From NCBI GenBank assembly GCA_002269645.1, contig NIVC01001206.1, positions 171,850 to 235,849 on the forward strand: a stretch of DNA of 64,000 bases. The letters run 5' to 3'. The DNA comes from Macrostomum lignano (Eukaryota). Numbering within the stretch: position 1 is the stretch's first letter; every line of letters starts with the position of its first letter. This document shows, piece after piece, positions 10,101 to 22,365 of the stretch. A program made the translations under genes and the position numbers. The notes beneath the pieces were generated by a model, which worked only from the letters and a program-made list of their open reading frames with translations, made no database searches and had not been told where the DNA came from.

Positions 10101-13100
10101 TTCTAAGATTCTAAGATTCTAAGATTCTAAGCTTCTAAGATTCCAAGCTTCTAAGCTTCCAAGCTTCTAAGATTCTAAGCTTCTAAGCTTCTAAGAACTA
10201 AGATTCTAAGATTCTAAGCTTCCAAGATTCTAAGCTTCTAAGCTTCTAAGATTCTAACATTCTAAGATTCTAAGATCTAAGATTCTAAGCTTTTAAGATT
10301 CTAACATTCTAAGAACTAAGATTCTAAGACTCTAAGCTTCTAAGATTCTAAGCTTCTAAGCTTCTAAGAACTAAGATTCTAAGATTCTAAGCTTCCAAGA
10401 TTCTAAGCTTCTAAGCTTCTAAGATTCTAACATTCTAAGATTCTAAGATCTAAGATTCTAAGCTTTTAAGATTCTAAGATTCTAAGCTTCTAAGCTTCTA
10501 AGATTCTAAGATTCTAAGCTCGTCAGAAAATAGACCTAAACAAGCAAGGATGTTGCTGTTGTAACTCCCCCCCTCCTCCGTCAGGAGCAATGACACGCCC
10601 CAGTTAATTACTTTCATTGGACGATAAAGGGTTGTTAATACAGGTAGCCTAACGCCTAATTATCAGTACGCTAGTACCCTGATTTGCTGGGCGCGTGAGC
10701 CCCAGCTGAGCTCAGTGCAGCAGATATAATTATTGCCTAAGTTAGCTCACACCTTGCAACAGTTGCCAAATAAGCAGAAACAGTCTTCACTTACTTGTAG
10801 TTGTTCGTGTCGTTCGGATTCGAATTCAGTTTCTTGAGTAAAATGCGCAGAATGTTGATAAAGAAAATCACATTTAGCTGAAATTTTACAATTGTGATCG
10901 GAGGGTGATTTTGGCACTGCGGGATGGTGAATTTTGGTTTGGCAAACGCACCAGAATGCAGAGCAGGTTGGCCCCGTCCTTCAGCCATTCAAGTGGTTGC
11001 GCGTCCGAGATCCAGCATCTGAGAGTGGATTTGCAAGGGCGGAGAAGTTCTCAAATCAAGTGGAGAGGCGCCGAAAAGATTGCTTTTTTGTTCTTGTTTA
11101 AGGGAAGAGAATTCCATCAACTAAATTAAATAATGTCAACTTTATCGACTTTCTGCACATTGAGATTAGACGAAGTCAGTCTACGAACTTCAGTCTGATG
11201 TCATTTTGCTTCTCATGTAAAACCAAACAAACAAACAAACAGAACTCTTTCCAACCCTGTCAACAATATCAGAGCGAGAAAAAGCCGTACCTGTTATTCA
11301 ACTGGCTGAACTGAGGCAGGACCGCGCGCAGTATGCAGTACACAGAATTAATTAACACTGCCGTACCTGGAAATAGACAGTGCAAGATAGGGTGACGTAC
11401 AGTGAATCCCACTGCCACCAGATAGCTAACACAGGTATGACTCATTAGTTAAAATTCTCAAGAACTATGCAGTACCATATTTTTTAGTATGCCACTTTAA
11501 AACTCATGTGCTGTAATATGGTTTATCATTATGTCATATGGAGCCGAACTCGGGTTCCTTAGCGCGACAGTCTGACAGAGCTATCAAGACAGGCAATTAC
11601 TAGTACATTCAATATTGAATGCTGTAAAGCTGCTGTTCACATTCAGCTTAGAAATGGCATTGTTTTTTGTATCGATTTCCTGACCCAAAGCCAAGCATCA
11701 TTATTTTGCTGGACTGCTGCTCCCAGGCTCTCTTCACTGACCCTCACAGTTTCCTTTACTCACCCCATCCAAGCACGTAGTATGTCCATAGGGACTTCTC
11801 CCGGTCGAATGCCCGGATGAGCAGGCGATGCAGGTAGAAGCCCTCAACGAAGATCCACATAAACATTGCTGATTGCATTGTCCTGTGCAGCACTGACAGC
11901 AGAATGCAGCCGATCTGCCAGAAGTTCCGGTTTGAGAAGTCAATCAAGGAGCCAAAATATTCCACAAATCCTCTTGAGCTACTGGAAGTAAACTTCAGCC
12001 CCATTATGACTTAAACTCGTGGATCTTCCGTGTGAATTCGCTACCGGGCTAAGCACTCTATTGTGGTATTTCTGCAATCGCTCTACTTGATAGCTTTGGG
12101 CCCCAATTGAGCCGTGCTCATCAGTGCTCACCCCGCCGCTGTGCAACACAGAATCAGCCTCGGAGTCGGCGGCCTGCGATGCTGACTCCAGACTCCGCAG
12201 TGATCGTTCATTGACGTCAATATGATAGAGCTTAGTAGTTGCTATGCTCAACGCGGCGTCCAGAGTCAGTGCTAGGAACAGATTCACGTGGATCACAACT
12301 CGCTGCTGCTTTCGGAGACTTCTAGAAACATTATGTTAGAAAATTCGAAATGCTCCAATCACAGAGGCAAGTTTAAATTAAATGCACACTGCGCAGGACT
12401 CACTCGTAGCCCAGGAAGATGCCGATTGCGGGCAATAGGAAGCAAATCGAGACACAATAAAAGGACAACGAAATCTTCTTGAATATGATGTCCCACTGAA
12501 ATGAAGCAGAGTTTGCTGGTTAAAATCTGGCGCTGAATGTACTTTCTAGTGGCTTTTTGTCCACGCGGTTTGTGAGAATGCAGAAATGAATGCTAGTATT
12601 TATGTCGCATTGAAAGACTGAGAGACCATTGGCCTCGACTGCGTCTATAGTTAGAAAGGATTTAGCTGTTCAGTATCTCTGAATGATTGAATTGGGTTTG
12701 TATATCCAAGCTGGACTTGGCTTTCTATCCCATTCTGCCAACCGGCTCCATTACTGCAGGCCAGAAAACGGAGAGGGAGTCAGAGCGACTGACAGAGAGC
12801 GTCTTCGTAAACTGATATGCACTTGCAGCTCTGATCCTCTGAGGCTTAGCGCTCTCCTGCTTGTTCCCTGACTTCCTGGACTCTGCATCTGTTTCTTTTG
12901 CATAATAGTAGAGCTCATATCATTGTCTTGCTTTCTCAGTGTCCTAGTGTCTAATAAGTGTCTCTTAGTGGCTTTGTGTAATGGTCTTGGCGTCGTAGCG
13001 TCTTCATGTCTTGGTCTTAGTGGCTTGGTGCCTGTGCGTCTTAGTGGCTTGGTGTCTGTGCGCCTTAGTGGCTTGGTGTCTGTGCGTCTTAGTGGCTTGG

Positions 13101-13618
13101 TGTCTGTGCGTCTTAGTGGCTTGGTGTCTGTGCGTCTTAGTAGCTTGGTGTCTGTGCGTCTTAGTGGCTTGGTGTCTGTGCGTCTTAGTGGCTTGGTGTC
13201 TGTGCGTCTTAGTGGCTTGGTGTCTGTGCGTCTTATTGGCTTGGTGTCTGTGCGTCTTAGTGGCTTGGTGTCTGTGCGTCTTATTGGCTTGGTGTCTGTG
13301 CGTCTTAGTGGCTTGGTGTCTGTGCGTCTTAGTGGCTTGGTGTCTGTGCGTCTTAGTGGCTTGGTGTCTGTGCGTCTTAGTGGCTTGGTGTCTGTGCGTC
13401 TTATTGGCTTAGTTTCTGTGCGTCTTAGTGGCTTGGTGTCTGTGCGTCTTAGTGGCTTGGTGTCTGTGCGTCTTAGTGGCTTGGTGTCTGTGCGTCTTAG
13501 TGGCTTGGTGTCTCTTGTGTGTCTTAGTGTCTCTGGTTTAGTGTATCTGCATCTTAGTGCCTTAATGTCTCTGTGTGTCTTAGTCTTAGTGTCCTAGTGT
13601 ATTGTCGTTTGAGTGTCC

Positions 13619-13655
<37 letters not shown>

Positions 13656-15395
13656 ATCCAAAGCGCAGCCTCTCCGACTTACCTCAAGCAAGGAGTTGCT
13701 AAAGCAGCTCATGTAATTAGTGGACTCCCACACGACCCCGCGACTAGTCTTGGTCTCCCAGGTGCCGTCCTCCGTGCATTGGATTGAAAAAGTGTCTGCC
13801 GGGTGCAAAAAAGGGGATATTAGGCGTCTGAAATGCACTGTATACGAGTACAAAATAATATTGTACATCCTACTGAACAGGTTTTGATTAGCTTTCAATT
13901 TGATAGACCAGATATTGCGTGCAGCAACTACTCTGGCATTAGAGGCAAAAAGTTGAATCATTCAGCTGGCAATGAGGCGACTTTCTCCCGGCAGGATGTG
14001 AACAAAGCAGATGGTCACGAACTTTCGAGCGGCACTATTTGATTTGAGATTTGTTAAAAGTGCAACTTGGCTTGTTGCACTGCCATCGGACGGGGCAGAG
14101 TGTTTCTTGCTCGAACTGGCATACAAACCCTTAACTGTGGTTTTGGAACATTCGTCCCAATTAGTCACCCATCCTGGCCACCCTCAAGTTCCATCAAAGT
14201 ACACCCACAAACAAGTTTGTCTCAGTAATGTGTAGTTTTTAATGTCGTCTTATAAGCTCATCCACTCATCCTCATCCTAATCAGCTAACAAGCACACTCG
14301 CCAGGAAGCACACTCCCCAGGAAGCACACTCTCCAGGAAGCACACTCCCCAGAAAGCACACTCTCCAGCAAGCACACTCTCAAGGAAGCACACTCTCCAG
14401 GAAGTACACTCCCCAGGAAGCACACTCTCCAGGAAGCACACTCCCAGGAAGCACACTCCCAGGAAGCATACTATCCAGGAAGCACACTCTCCAGGAAGCA
14501 CACTCTCCAGGAAGCACTCTCTCCAGGAAGCACACTTTCCAGGAAGCACACTCTCCAGGAAGCACACTCTCCAGGAAGAACACTCTCCAGGAAGTACACT
14601 CTCCAGGAAGCACACTCTCCAGGAAGCACACTCTCCAGGAAGCACACTCTCCAGGAAGCACACTCTCCAGGAAGTACACTCCCCAAGAAGCACACTCTCC
14701 AGGAAGCACACTCCCAGGAAGCACACTCCCAGGAAGCACACTCTCCAGCAAGCACACTCTCCAGGAAGCATACTCTCCAGGAAGCACACTCTCTAGGAAG
14801 CACACTCGCCCCAGTTTTCACTCGGCAGTCACTCACTGTTCGGATTGGCGCTGGGCAGGTAGGTCGGGCAGCCGTACTTAGTCGAGGATCCGCTAGCCGT
14901 TGCGTTGATGCAGTGCAGGCCGTCCCAGGTGGCCGGGCACATCGCTCCGGCAGCGGCCTCGGCGGAGGCCTCCGCCCCAGTCGCCAGCTGAGCCCGGCAG
15001 CAGGCCACAGCAGCCAGGCAGCAGCGGCGCAGCATGGTTGAGCAGTCCTCAACCTGGGGCGCGTGCTTCGGCTCGAGCCGAACAAATGCCGAGCAGACGT
15101 CCGCAGAGAACTGAGTCTCGTTGAAGAATCTGAGCTGCTTGGAAGTTTGCAGCGCGTACAGCACCCTGTCCGCTCTGGTGTACATGAACTGAAAGCAGTG
15201 CACGCAGCTGTATTTTCTGAATATTCTCGGCAGCAGTCGGGTGCCATTGTGGGCTCGGCACGTCGGCTGCGGCGGCTGCGGCGGCTGCGACGGCGAGGTT
15301 AGATCTGTCGATCGACGGTCGACGGTCGACGAAGGAGCCGCGGCCGAAGCCAGTAGACAGCAGGCGAGAAGCGCGGCCAGGCACTGGCGTGGCAT
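7175..15395 (-). CDS. Class B1 (secretin/calcitonin/PDF/PTH-receptor family) GPCR, ~579 aa; complement join(15395-14837,13795-13683,12495-12404,12321-12132,11914-11764,11366-11291,11018-10952,10877-10795,8890-8710,7402-7175)
   Basis: Signal peptide; hormone-receptor domain CPATWDGLHC..CPTY..QCTEDGTW..TNYMSC; TM2 RVVIHVNLF; TM3 MFMWIFVEGFYLH..YYVLGWG; ECL2 RCW; TM5 LNVIFFINILRILLKKL; TM6 KATCILVPLFGLQW; TM7 SHGAIVATVFCFANNEV. All nine introns are GT-AG and phase-consistent (1740 nt). Subfamily cannot be assigned by eye. Confidence 0.93.
8010..8272 (-). mobile_element. hAT/Charlie-like terminus plus CT-rich tract; dispersed family copy B
   Basis: Minus strand reads CAGGGTTCGGCAGACTCCGGCCCGCGGGTCACGTGCAGCCCACAAAGCCTGTCTATCCGGCCCGC, then a CT-rich run. 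Confidence 0.55.
8417..8666. mobile_element. Foldback-like palindrome: two inverted arrays of a 16-bp unit
   Basis: (TATCACAAACCCGAAA)n at ~8417-8525 faces (TTTCGGGTTTGTGATA)n at ~8572-8666 across a ~45-bp spacer. Confidence 0.75.
9240..10520. repeat. 8-bp satellite (TTCTAAGA/TTCTAAGC) with ~379-bp higher-order period
   Basis: Diagnostic AAGAAC variant in the same context ends at 9440, 9819 and 10198. Confidence 0.9.
12950..13655. repeat. 24-bp minisatellite (TTAGTGGCTTGGTGTCTGTGCGTC) followed by (GTCT)n
   Basis: Direct inspection; lies in intron 2 of the class B GPCR. Confidence 0.9.
14290..14810. repeat. 16-bp minisatellite (CAGGAAGCACACTCTC)
   Basis: Direct inspection; intron 1 of the class B GPCR, ending ~25 bp from the donor. 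Confidence 0.9.
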
Positions 15396-16377
15396 GCGGA
15401 GGCTGGCAATGAGGATGAGGAATCTGTTGGATAAAACAAGTCGCTATCACGCACCTTGTCGTTTCTCTCTGAAGCTGGCGACAGGCCAGTGTGAGAAATG
15501 AGACGCCACTCGGGCCCTGTTATTTTCTTCCCCGGGGAGCAATGAATCTTACCGTTGCCTGAGGGTGAAGAAGCTGTCACTGCCCGCTGGAAATCTCTGG
15601 CTTTAGCGGCCACTTGCCCGGTCTTTTATTACAAGAGAAGAGGGGCCTGTCTGACGGTGTTTTTACACTAATTTTAGCCGCTCCTGTCGCTGTTTCAAGT
15701 CGGTATCTGGGAGGGAATCGGGGAAATCAATGCCCAGATGTCGTTTGGGGAGAGCGAGAAGGGAGAGAGCTTGCAATATTTATGGGTTCGTTTCTGTCTC
15801 CAGCTGCCCAATGGGAGGGTTGCTGGGAGTTCTACCCCCCCCCCCAGCGGCCAGGAGGCTGCTGCTTCAATCCTAATCATTTCTCGTGGCGAGGTGTCAG
15901 AAAGCGTCTTTCTGATTCGATTTGCCTCGCTGCTTTCGTTGTTGTCGAGCTTTCGAATGGATGCGCCGAAACTTACCGAATTCCCAAAGGGAATGGTGGA
16001 GGAATTCCAAAGCCTGTTGAGTCCGACTAGGAGCACGAAAACTGGCCTTCTTAGCGTCTTTTTTTAAGGCAAACATAATTAAAATCCTCCAGATTCTCCT
16101 ATCGGCCAGGATTAGTGCCCCTGATTTTCCGGACTCCCAATGGTTTTTTTTCCTGATTTTTTTTCACAAAAAATGCTTGACCAGACAAAAAATTACGGCT
16201 TTGTTCGTGCTAAACTGGTTCTAGTGACTCAATGGTTTTGCTGAAGATTCAGGTTTCATTTTAAAATATTGATATCAGGTTGGAGATGCACCATCTACCA
16301 AGCTATCAACCGAATCAGTTTCATGCTGTTTCAAAAGCTTGCAAAACCTAGCCATCCTCAACATGATCAATGTGGTC

Positions 16378-16830
16378 GATGTGCACGGGGCAGAGAGACG
16401 GAGAGGGAGGTGGATGTGCACGGGGCAGAGAGACGGAGAGGGAGGTGGGTGTGCACGGGGCAGAGAGACGGAGAGGGAGGTGAGTGTGCACGGGGCAGAG
16501 AGACGGAGAGGGAGGTGGGTGTGCACGGGGCAGAGAGACGGAGAGGGAGGTGGGTGTGCACGGGGCAGAGAGACGGAGAGGGAGGTGGGTGTGCACGGGG
16601 CAGAGAGATGGAGAGGGAGGTGGGTGTGCACGGGGCAGAGAGACGGAGAGGGAGGTGGGTGTGCACGGGGCAGAGAGACGGAGAGGGAGGTGGGTGTGCA
16701 CGGGGCAGAGAGACGGAGAGGGAGGTGGGTGTGCACGGGGCAGAGAGACGGAGAGGGAGGTGGGTGTGCACGGGGCAGAGAGACGGAGAGGGAGGTGGGT
16801 GTGCACGGGGCAGAGAGACGGAGAGGGAGG
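16378..16830. repeat. 35-bp minisatellite (GTGCACGGGGCAGAGAGACGGAGAGGGAGGTGGGT), ~13 copies
   Basis: Direct inspection. Confidence 0.9.
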
Positions 16831-17644
16831 GGCGCGATGGAGGGAGAGAAAGTACACTAGGAGCACAAAGTGGACAAAGCAAGGGAGCGAGCGCAAACGG
16901 GGCGGTGCCCGACCGGTCATTAACCATCGTAAACGTCACCCCGAAAGGGGAACGCTTACGGATAAGAAACAGCGTTGGCATCAGGTCACTTCAACGAAGC
17001 GCGGAGGCTGACCACCCGGACAGGATCGTAAGCTGCGCGCGTTCGCCCGGGATTGCAGCCCGATGAAGATCGCAGACGCCACTCTCGCGAGCTCCTCTGC
17101 TGCTGGCGAGGGGTGGGCGCAGCCCCAAGACTAATTCCTGTCCTGATTTAAGCTTAAAACAATGATCTTACCTGACTTTTCAAAGTATCCAAAGATGTTC
17201 TGAGCTGCCGAGAAGCAGCCTCCACTGAACCCTTTTAAATCAGCGGAAGCCAAATTGTTACAGGCGGCGTAATTGGAGCGCTCTTGAACTGGAGATTCGC
17301 GCGGTAGACAATTCGCCTGAGCCGTACAGCGGAAAGAACTCGAGATTTCGGGTTTATCAGCCCTAAGAATTTTCATGCCATATTGCAGTTATAACCGGCT
17401 ATGCCTAACCAATCCGCTTTGCGAGCTCCCAGGCCACCCTCACCCGAGCACAAGATAGTGACTGTGCTAGTGCACCTACTCTCTCTGCTCTACTCTCTCC
17501 CATTTTTTTCACTGCAGATATTTTCATGTAGGTCAACATGCGGTATGTACATTCTCGATATTTAAGAAAGAAGCTTAGGGAAACTTGATGACGCATGATT
17601 TAGCTATTTCAATCGCAGATTTGCTGTGCGTATATTTGCTCGCG

Positions 17645-17820
17645 AAGAGGGAGTGGGCGAGGAGGGAGAGGGCGAGGAGGGAGAGGGCGAGGAGTGAGAG
17701 GGCGAGGAGGGAGAGGGCGAGGAGGAGAGGGCGAGGAGGGAGAGGGCGAGGAGGGAGAGGGCGAGGAGGGAGAGGGCGAGGAGGGAGAGAGCGAGGAGGG
17801 AGAGGGCGAGGGGTAGAGGG
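17645..17820. repeat. 15-bp purine repeat (GAGAGGGCGAGGAGG)
   Basis: Direct inspection. Confidence 0.85.
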
Positions 17821-18344
17821 CTCTTAAACAGCCAGAAACTCAGTCACAGAGTTTTCAATCGACCCTATGAAGCCCCAGCACAGTGGGGCATGCGCTGAGC
17901 AACAGTGAGAGGAAAAGGGGAGAGAGGCAAAAAGCGACCGGGACATGACGGATGGCTTCCCCGGTCAGGCGTCTCCCCAAAGCCCTTATTTTTCTATTTG
18001 CTTTTTTCCAAGAAACTTTGCTGCCCGTTGCATCGAAAAAAGCGTAAAGAATAATTAAAGAGGCCATATAGCGGTGGCTTTGCAGTTTGTGCTTCATTAA
18101 GCTTGAACCCGGCAATATTACTCGAATTGGGGCAATAGCTCAGATTCCTCGCTAAGCTGGCAATGAGACCGGAAAATATCAGGAGCAGATTTCGGATCGG
18201 GTTGGTCCCGGAAGGAAGCAGAAAAAAACCTCGCGAATCCCCGATATTCCCCCCTCCTCTTCCAGGGAGTTCCGGAAGCAGAGTCTGGATTGGGAGCCCC
18301 CCTCGCCCCGTTGTCAGACAACTGTTCAGTTCTTCAGTTTAACG

Positions 18345-18810
18345 CAGGGGTCAGCAAACTCTGGCCCGCTTAATGTTTATCTCTTCTCAGCTCCCTTCTG
18401 TCTGATCTTCACTCTCTTCTCTTTTCTCTCCTCTCCTTTTCTCTCCTTTCTCTCCTCTCTCCTCTCTCCTATCCTCTCCTTTCTCTCCTGTCTCTCCTGT
18501 CTCCTCTCCTCTCCTTTCTCTCCTCTCCTCTTCTCTCCTTTCTCTCCTTTCTCCTCTCCTCTCCTTTTTCTCCTGTCTCCTTTTCTCTCCTTTCTCTCCT
18601 GTCTCTCCTGTCTCCTATCCTCTCCTTTCTCTCCTCTCCTCTCCTTTCTCTCCCCTCTCCTCTCCTCTCCTTTCTCTCCTCTCTCCTCTCCTCTTCTTTC
18701 TCTCCTCTCTCCCTCCTATCCTTTTTTATTTCTTCTCTCTTCTCTTTTATTCCGTCGTCTCTCCTTTTCATATATCTCGCCTGTCTTCTCTATTCTCTCT
18801 CCTCTCTCCT
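18345..18810 (+). mobile_element. hAT/Charlie-like terminus plus CT-rich tract; dispersed family copy C
   Basis: CAGGGGTCAGCAAACTCTGGCCCGCTTAATGTTTATCTCTTCTCAG then (CTCTC)-like repeats; shares GGCCCGCTTAA..TCTCTTCTCAG with copy B. Confidence 0.55.
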
Positions 18811-19599
18811 AACGTTTTACTAAATTTATCATAATTTCTCTTTGGTTAAATAGATTATTTTAAAGTAAAGTTAATCTCAGTTTAAAGCTGGATAATAAAT
18901 TCGTCTTCATATTTGTTTAGACAAACATCAAAGAAACATTTTGAAGTCTAGTTTTAAATTCCGAAAAACAAATGTTTTCAGACAATTAAGGCTTGTGGAA
19001 GAGTTTCCACTCCAAGTTCTGGCTCAGGATCTCCTTGCCTCTTCCCAGCAAGCCCAAGACGCCAGATGGCGGCCATATCCCCCACCAGCTCCCCATCAGC
19101 TCGACCCTAATCTTAATCATTCCGCCTAGGCCTATTGTGAGCAATCGCGGGTAACGCTAAAGCCGAGTTGAAACAAAATATAAATCCGCGAACTAATCGC
19201 AAAATCTCGCGATGAAAATTTGTTAAAGCAGGGGGAGGGGGTGCGCCGGCAGAGTAAAGAGGCCAGGCAGGCGTCTGTTTGCTCAGCACTGCGCCACCCG
19301 GCTGCAGTGTGCAGGAATTTCTAGAGTAAAGTCACTCGCGTCTGTGTACCTGCCCCTTACCTACAGCTGCGATGGCTCAGCCTCTTAGCCGCCATCTCTC
19401 AATGTGTGTGCACTTCATACTTAAATGATCGAATTCTAGCTTGTTTCTTTCCTATTGCTGCTTTTAGTGTTGTTTTATCTACATTAGACAAAAATCTTTC
19501 ATACTCGAAATTCGTCTGTATCCTTGTGCCGTACTTGTACGCACTTTTGAATTTAGTTTTACTGAAGATCTTACTCCCTCTGTACTTTAAAAACCCATT

Positions 19600-19955
19600 C
19601 TAGCATCCACCTGACTCCCAATGTACATTGAAACCCAATTTCAGCATCCACCTCACTCCAAGTGTACACTTAAACCCCATTCTAGCATCTACCTGACTCC
19701 CAATGTACACTGAAACCCAATTCAAGCATCCACCTCACTCCCAGTGTACACTGAAACCCCATTCTAACATCCACCTCACTACCAATGTACATTGAAACCT
19801 CAGAATAGCACCCATCTCACTCCAAATGTACATTAAAACCACCATCTAGCACCCACCTGACTCCCAATGTACATCGAAACCCATTCTGACACCCACCTCA
19901 CTTTCAATGTACATTGAAAGCCCATTCTGACCCCCACCTCACTTTCACTGTACAG
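19600..19955. repeat. Diverged 41-bp minisatellite, ~9 copies
   Basis: AGCATC unit starts recur at 41-bp spacing (19602, 19643, 19684). Confidence 0.8.
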
Positions 19956-20454
19956 AAATTTAAACTTCTTTCTTAAGCAAATTAGACTTTTACTGCGAGC
20001 GCATATAAAAACCTAATGATATAAGCATGATGCAGCAGTACATGGTAGTTATGTTCTACATTAAGTGTACACAATCAGAGAACCCTAAAAGCATAAGAAT
20101 ATTTATTTTGCACCTCAAGCGTGAGAATTTCAAATGCCAAGCGAAACATGGCCCTTCTTGTCCTTCAATACGTGCCTATGCATATTTTATTTATCTTGCA
20201 CCCTGTACGTGACAGAAGCTCATTCAGTGGTAGTAAGTAGCATAGGCGATAAGATAGGCGGGTATTGTCTGCATTGTTTAGCTGCCGTTGCGCTCGCCTC
20301 TCACAGCTGAAGCTTGCGTGATGAAATAAAATGTACTGGGGGGGGGTACAGGTTGAGGGAATGGAGTGAATTTCTGAATTTCTGAATTTTCATTTTTCCT
20401 CTACTGAACTCGATTTGATGCAAAACAGAAATGTAGTTAAACTGGAACTGTCAG

Positions 20455-21290
20455 ATTGATCATGACTGTGTCAGATTGATCATAACTGTGTCAGATTGAT
20501 CATGACTGTGTCAGATTAATTATAACTGTGTCAGATTGATCATAACTGTGTTAGATTGATCATGACTGTGTCAGATTGATCATGACTGTGTCAGATTGAT
20601 CATAACTGTGTCAGATTTGATCATAACTGTGTCAGATTGATCATAACTGTGTCAGATTGATCATGACTGTGTCAGATTGATCATAACTGTGTCAGATTTG
20701 ATCATAACTGTGTCAGATTGATCATGACTGTGTCAGATTGATCATAACTGTGTCAGATTTGATCATAACTGTGTCAGATTGATCATAACTGTGTCAGATT
20801 GATCATGACTGTGTCAGATTGATCATAACTGTGTCAGATTGATCATGACTGTGTCAGATTAATCATAACTGTGTCAGATTGATCATGACTGTGTCAGATT
20901 TGATCATAACTGTGTTAGATTGATCATGACTGTGTCAGATTAATCATAACTGTGTCAGATTGATCATGACTGTGTCAGATTTGATCATAACTGTGTTAGA
21001 TTGATCATGACTGTGTCAGATTGATCATAACTGTGTCAGATTGATCATGACTGTGTTAGATTGATCATGGCTGTGTCAGATTGATCATGGCTGTGTCAGA
21101 TTGATCATGACTGTGTCAGATTTGATCATAACTGTGTTAGATTGATCATGACTGTGTCAGATTGATCATAACTGTGTCAGATTGATCATGACTGTGTTAG
21201 ATTGATCATGGCTGTGTCAGATTGATCATGGCTGTGTCAGATTGATCATGACTGTGTCAGATTGATCATGACTGTGATCAATTGTGTCAG
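20455..21290. repeat. 20-bp satellite (ACTGTGTCAGATTGATCATG/ATA)
   Basis: Direct inspection. Confidence 0.9.
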
Positions 21291-21984
21291 AATTGTCTGA
21301 ATTGTGTCAGATTCACCAGGAATTGTATCAGCTTAACCATAGCTATTACTGTCAGATAGACCAGCAGTTTGTCGGGATGCACAATGAATGTCAGGGTGAA
21401 CAGGTCAGGGAAGGGGTCAGAAATGGTGTGAGAATTTAGGCGCTGACAATGACTGTAGTCCGACATAAACTCACCCCTGCTGCAGTACTGGAGTGTCTGC
21501 CATTAACACTGTTGTGTCTGCCATTAACACTGTTGTGTCTGCCATTAACACTGTTGTGTCTGCAGGCGGGACAGACAGGCAGAGAAGTCAGGCCAAACAG
21601 AGAAAGTTAGAGATGGAAACAAATCTTGGACTTACTCCGCTGCATAATTAGCACTTCAGACCGCCAATAACCTTCATTGGTATGACCGATGCCTGTGAAT
21701 AGTATCTTAGCTCGCGCTGTCCCGCTGTCACTCAGAATCCTGGCACTCAGTGTACAGTATTGACAGTGCACTCCAGTCGGAATCCTTGTTAACCAGAATG
21801 GGGAAGGCATGCGATGCCTGATTCTACAAATAAGATATATAGTTGCTATAAATTACCAAAACAAAGTTACGGAGCGACAATAGTGTTGAAGTGTCAAAAC
21901 ATAACTGAAAGTCACCTTAATAAGGTTACCTGCCGAGCCCCTGCTGGTTTCAATTTAGAGCTGCTTAAACTTTTCACTTTGCAA

Positions 21985-22365
21985 TTCTCATCTGCAGTGT
22001 CTGCTCATCTGCAGTGCCTGCTTATCTGCAGTGTCTGCTCATCTGTAGTGTCTGCTCATCTGCAGTGCCTGCTTATCTGCAGTGTCTGCTCATCTGCAGT
22101 GTCTGCTCATCTGCAGTGTCTGCTCATCTGCAGTGTCTGCTCATCTGCAGTGCCTGCTCATCTGCAGTGTCTGCTCATCTGCAGTGTCTGCTCATCTGCA
22201 GTGTCTGCTCATCTGCAGTGTCTGCTCATCTGCGGTGTCTGCTCATCTGCAGTGTCTGCTCATCTGCAGTGTCTGCTCATCTGTAGTGTCTGCTCATCTG
22301 TAGTGTCTGCTCATGTGCAGTGTCTACTCATCTGCAGTGTCTGCTCATCTGTAGTGTCTGCTCAT
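21985..22365. repeat. 17-bp minisatellite (CATCTGCAGTGTCTGCT); a 21-bp x3 repeat lies at ~21495-21565
   Basis: Direct inspection. Confidence 0.9.

Noticed and set aside
11979-12131. Longer ECL1 using the TTTACTTCCAG acceptor in GPCR intron 4
   Set aside because: It needs a phase-2 donor and I found none; the GTGAGC/TGGCAG phase-0 pair gives a clean product.
16915-16965. GNRA hairpin (CCCC-GAAA-GGGG) as part of a ribozyme or ncRNA
   Set aside because: Isolated hairpin with no catalytic-core consensus recognisable.
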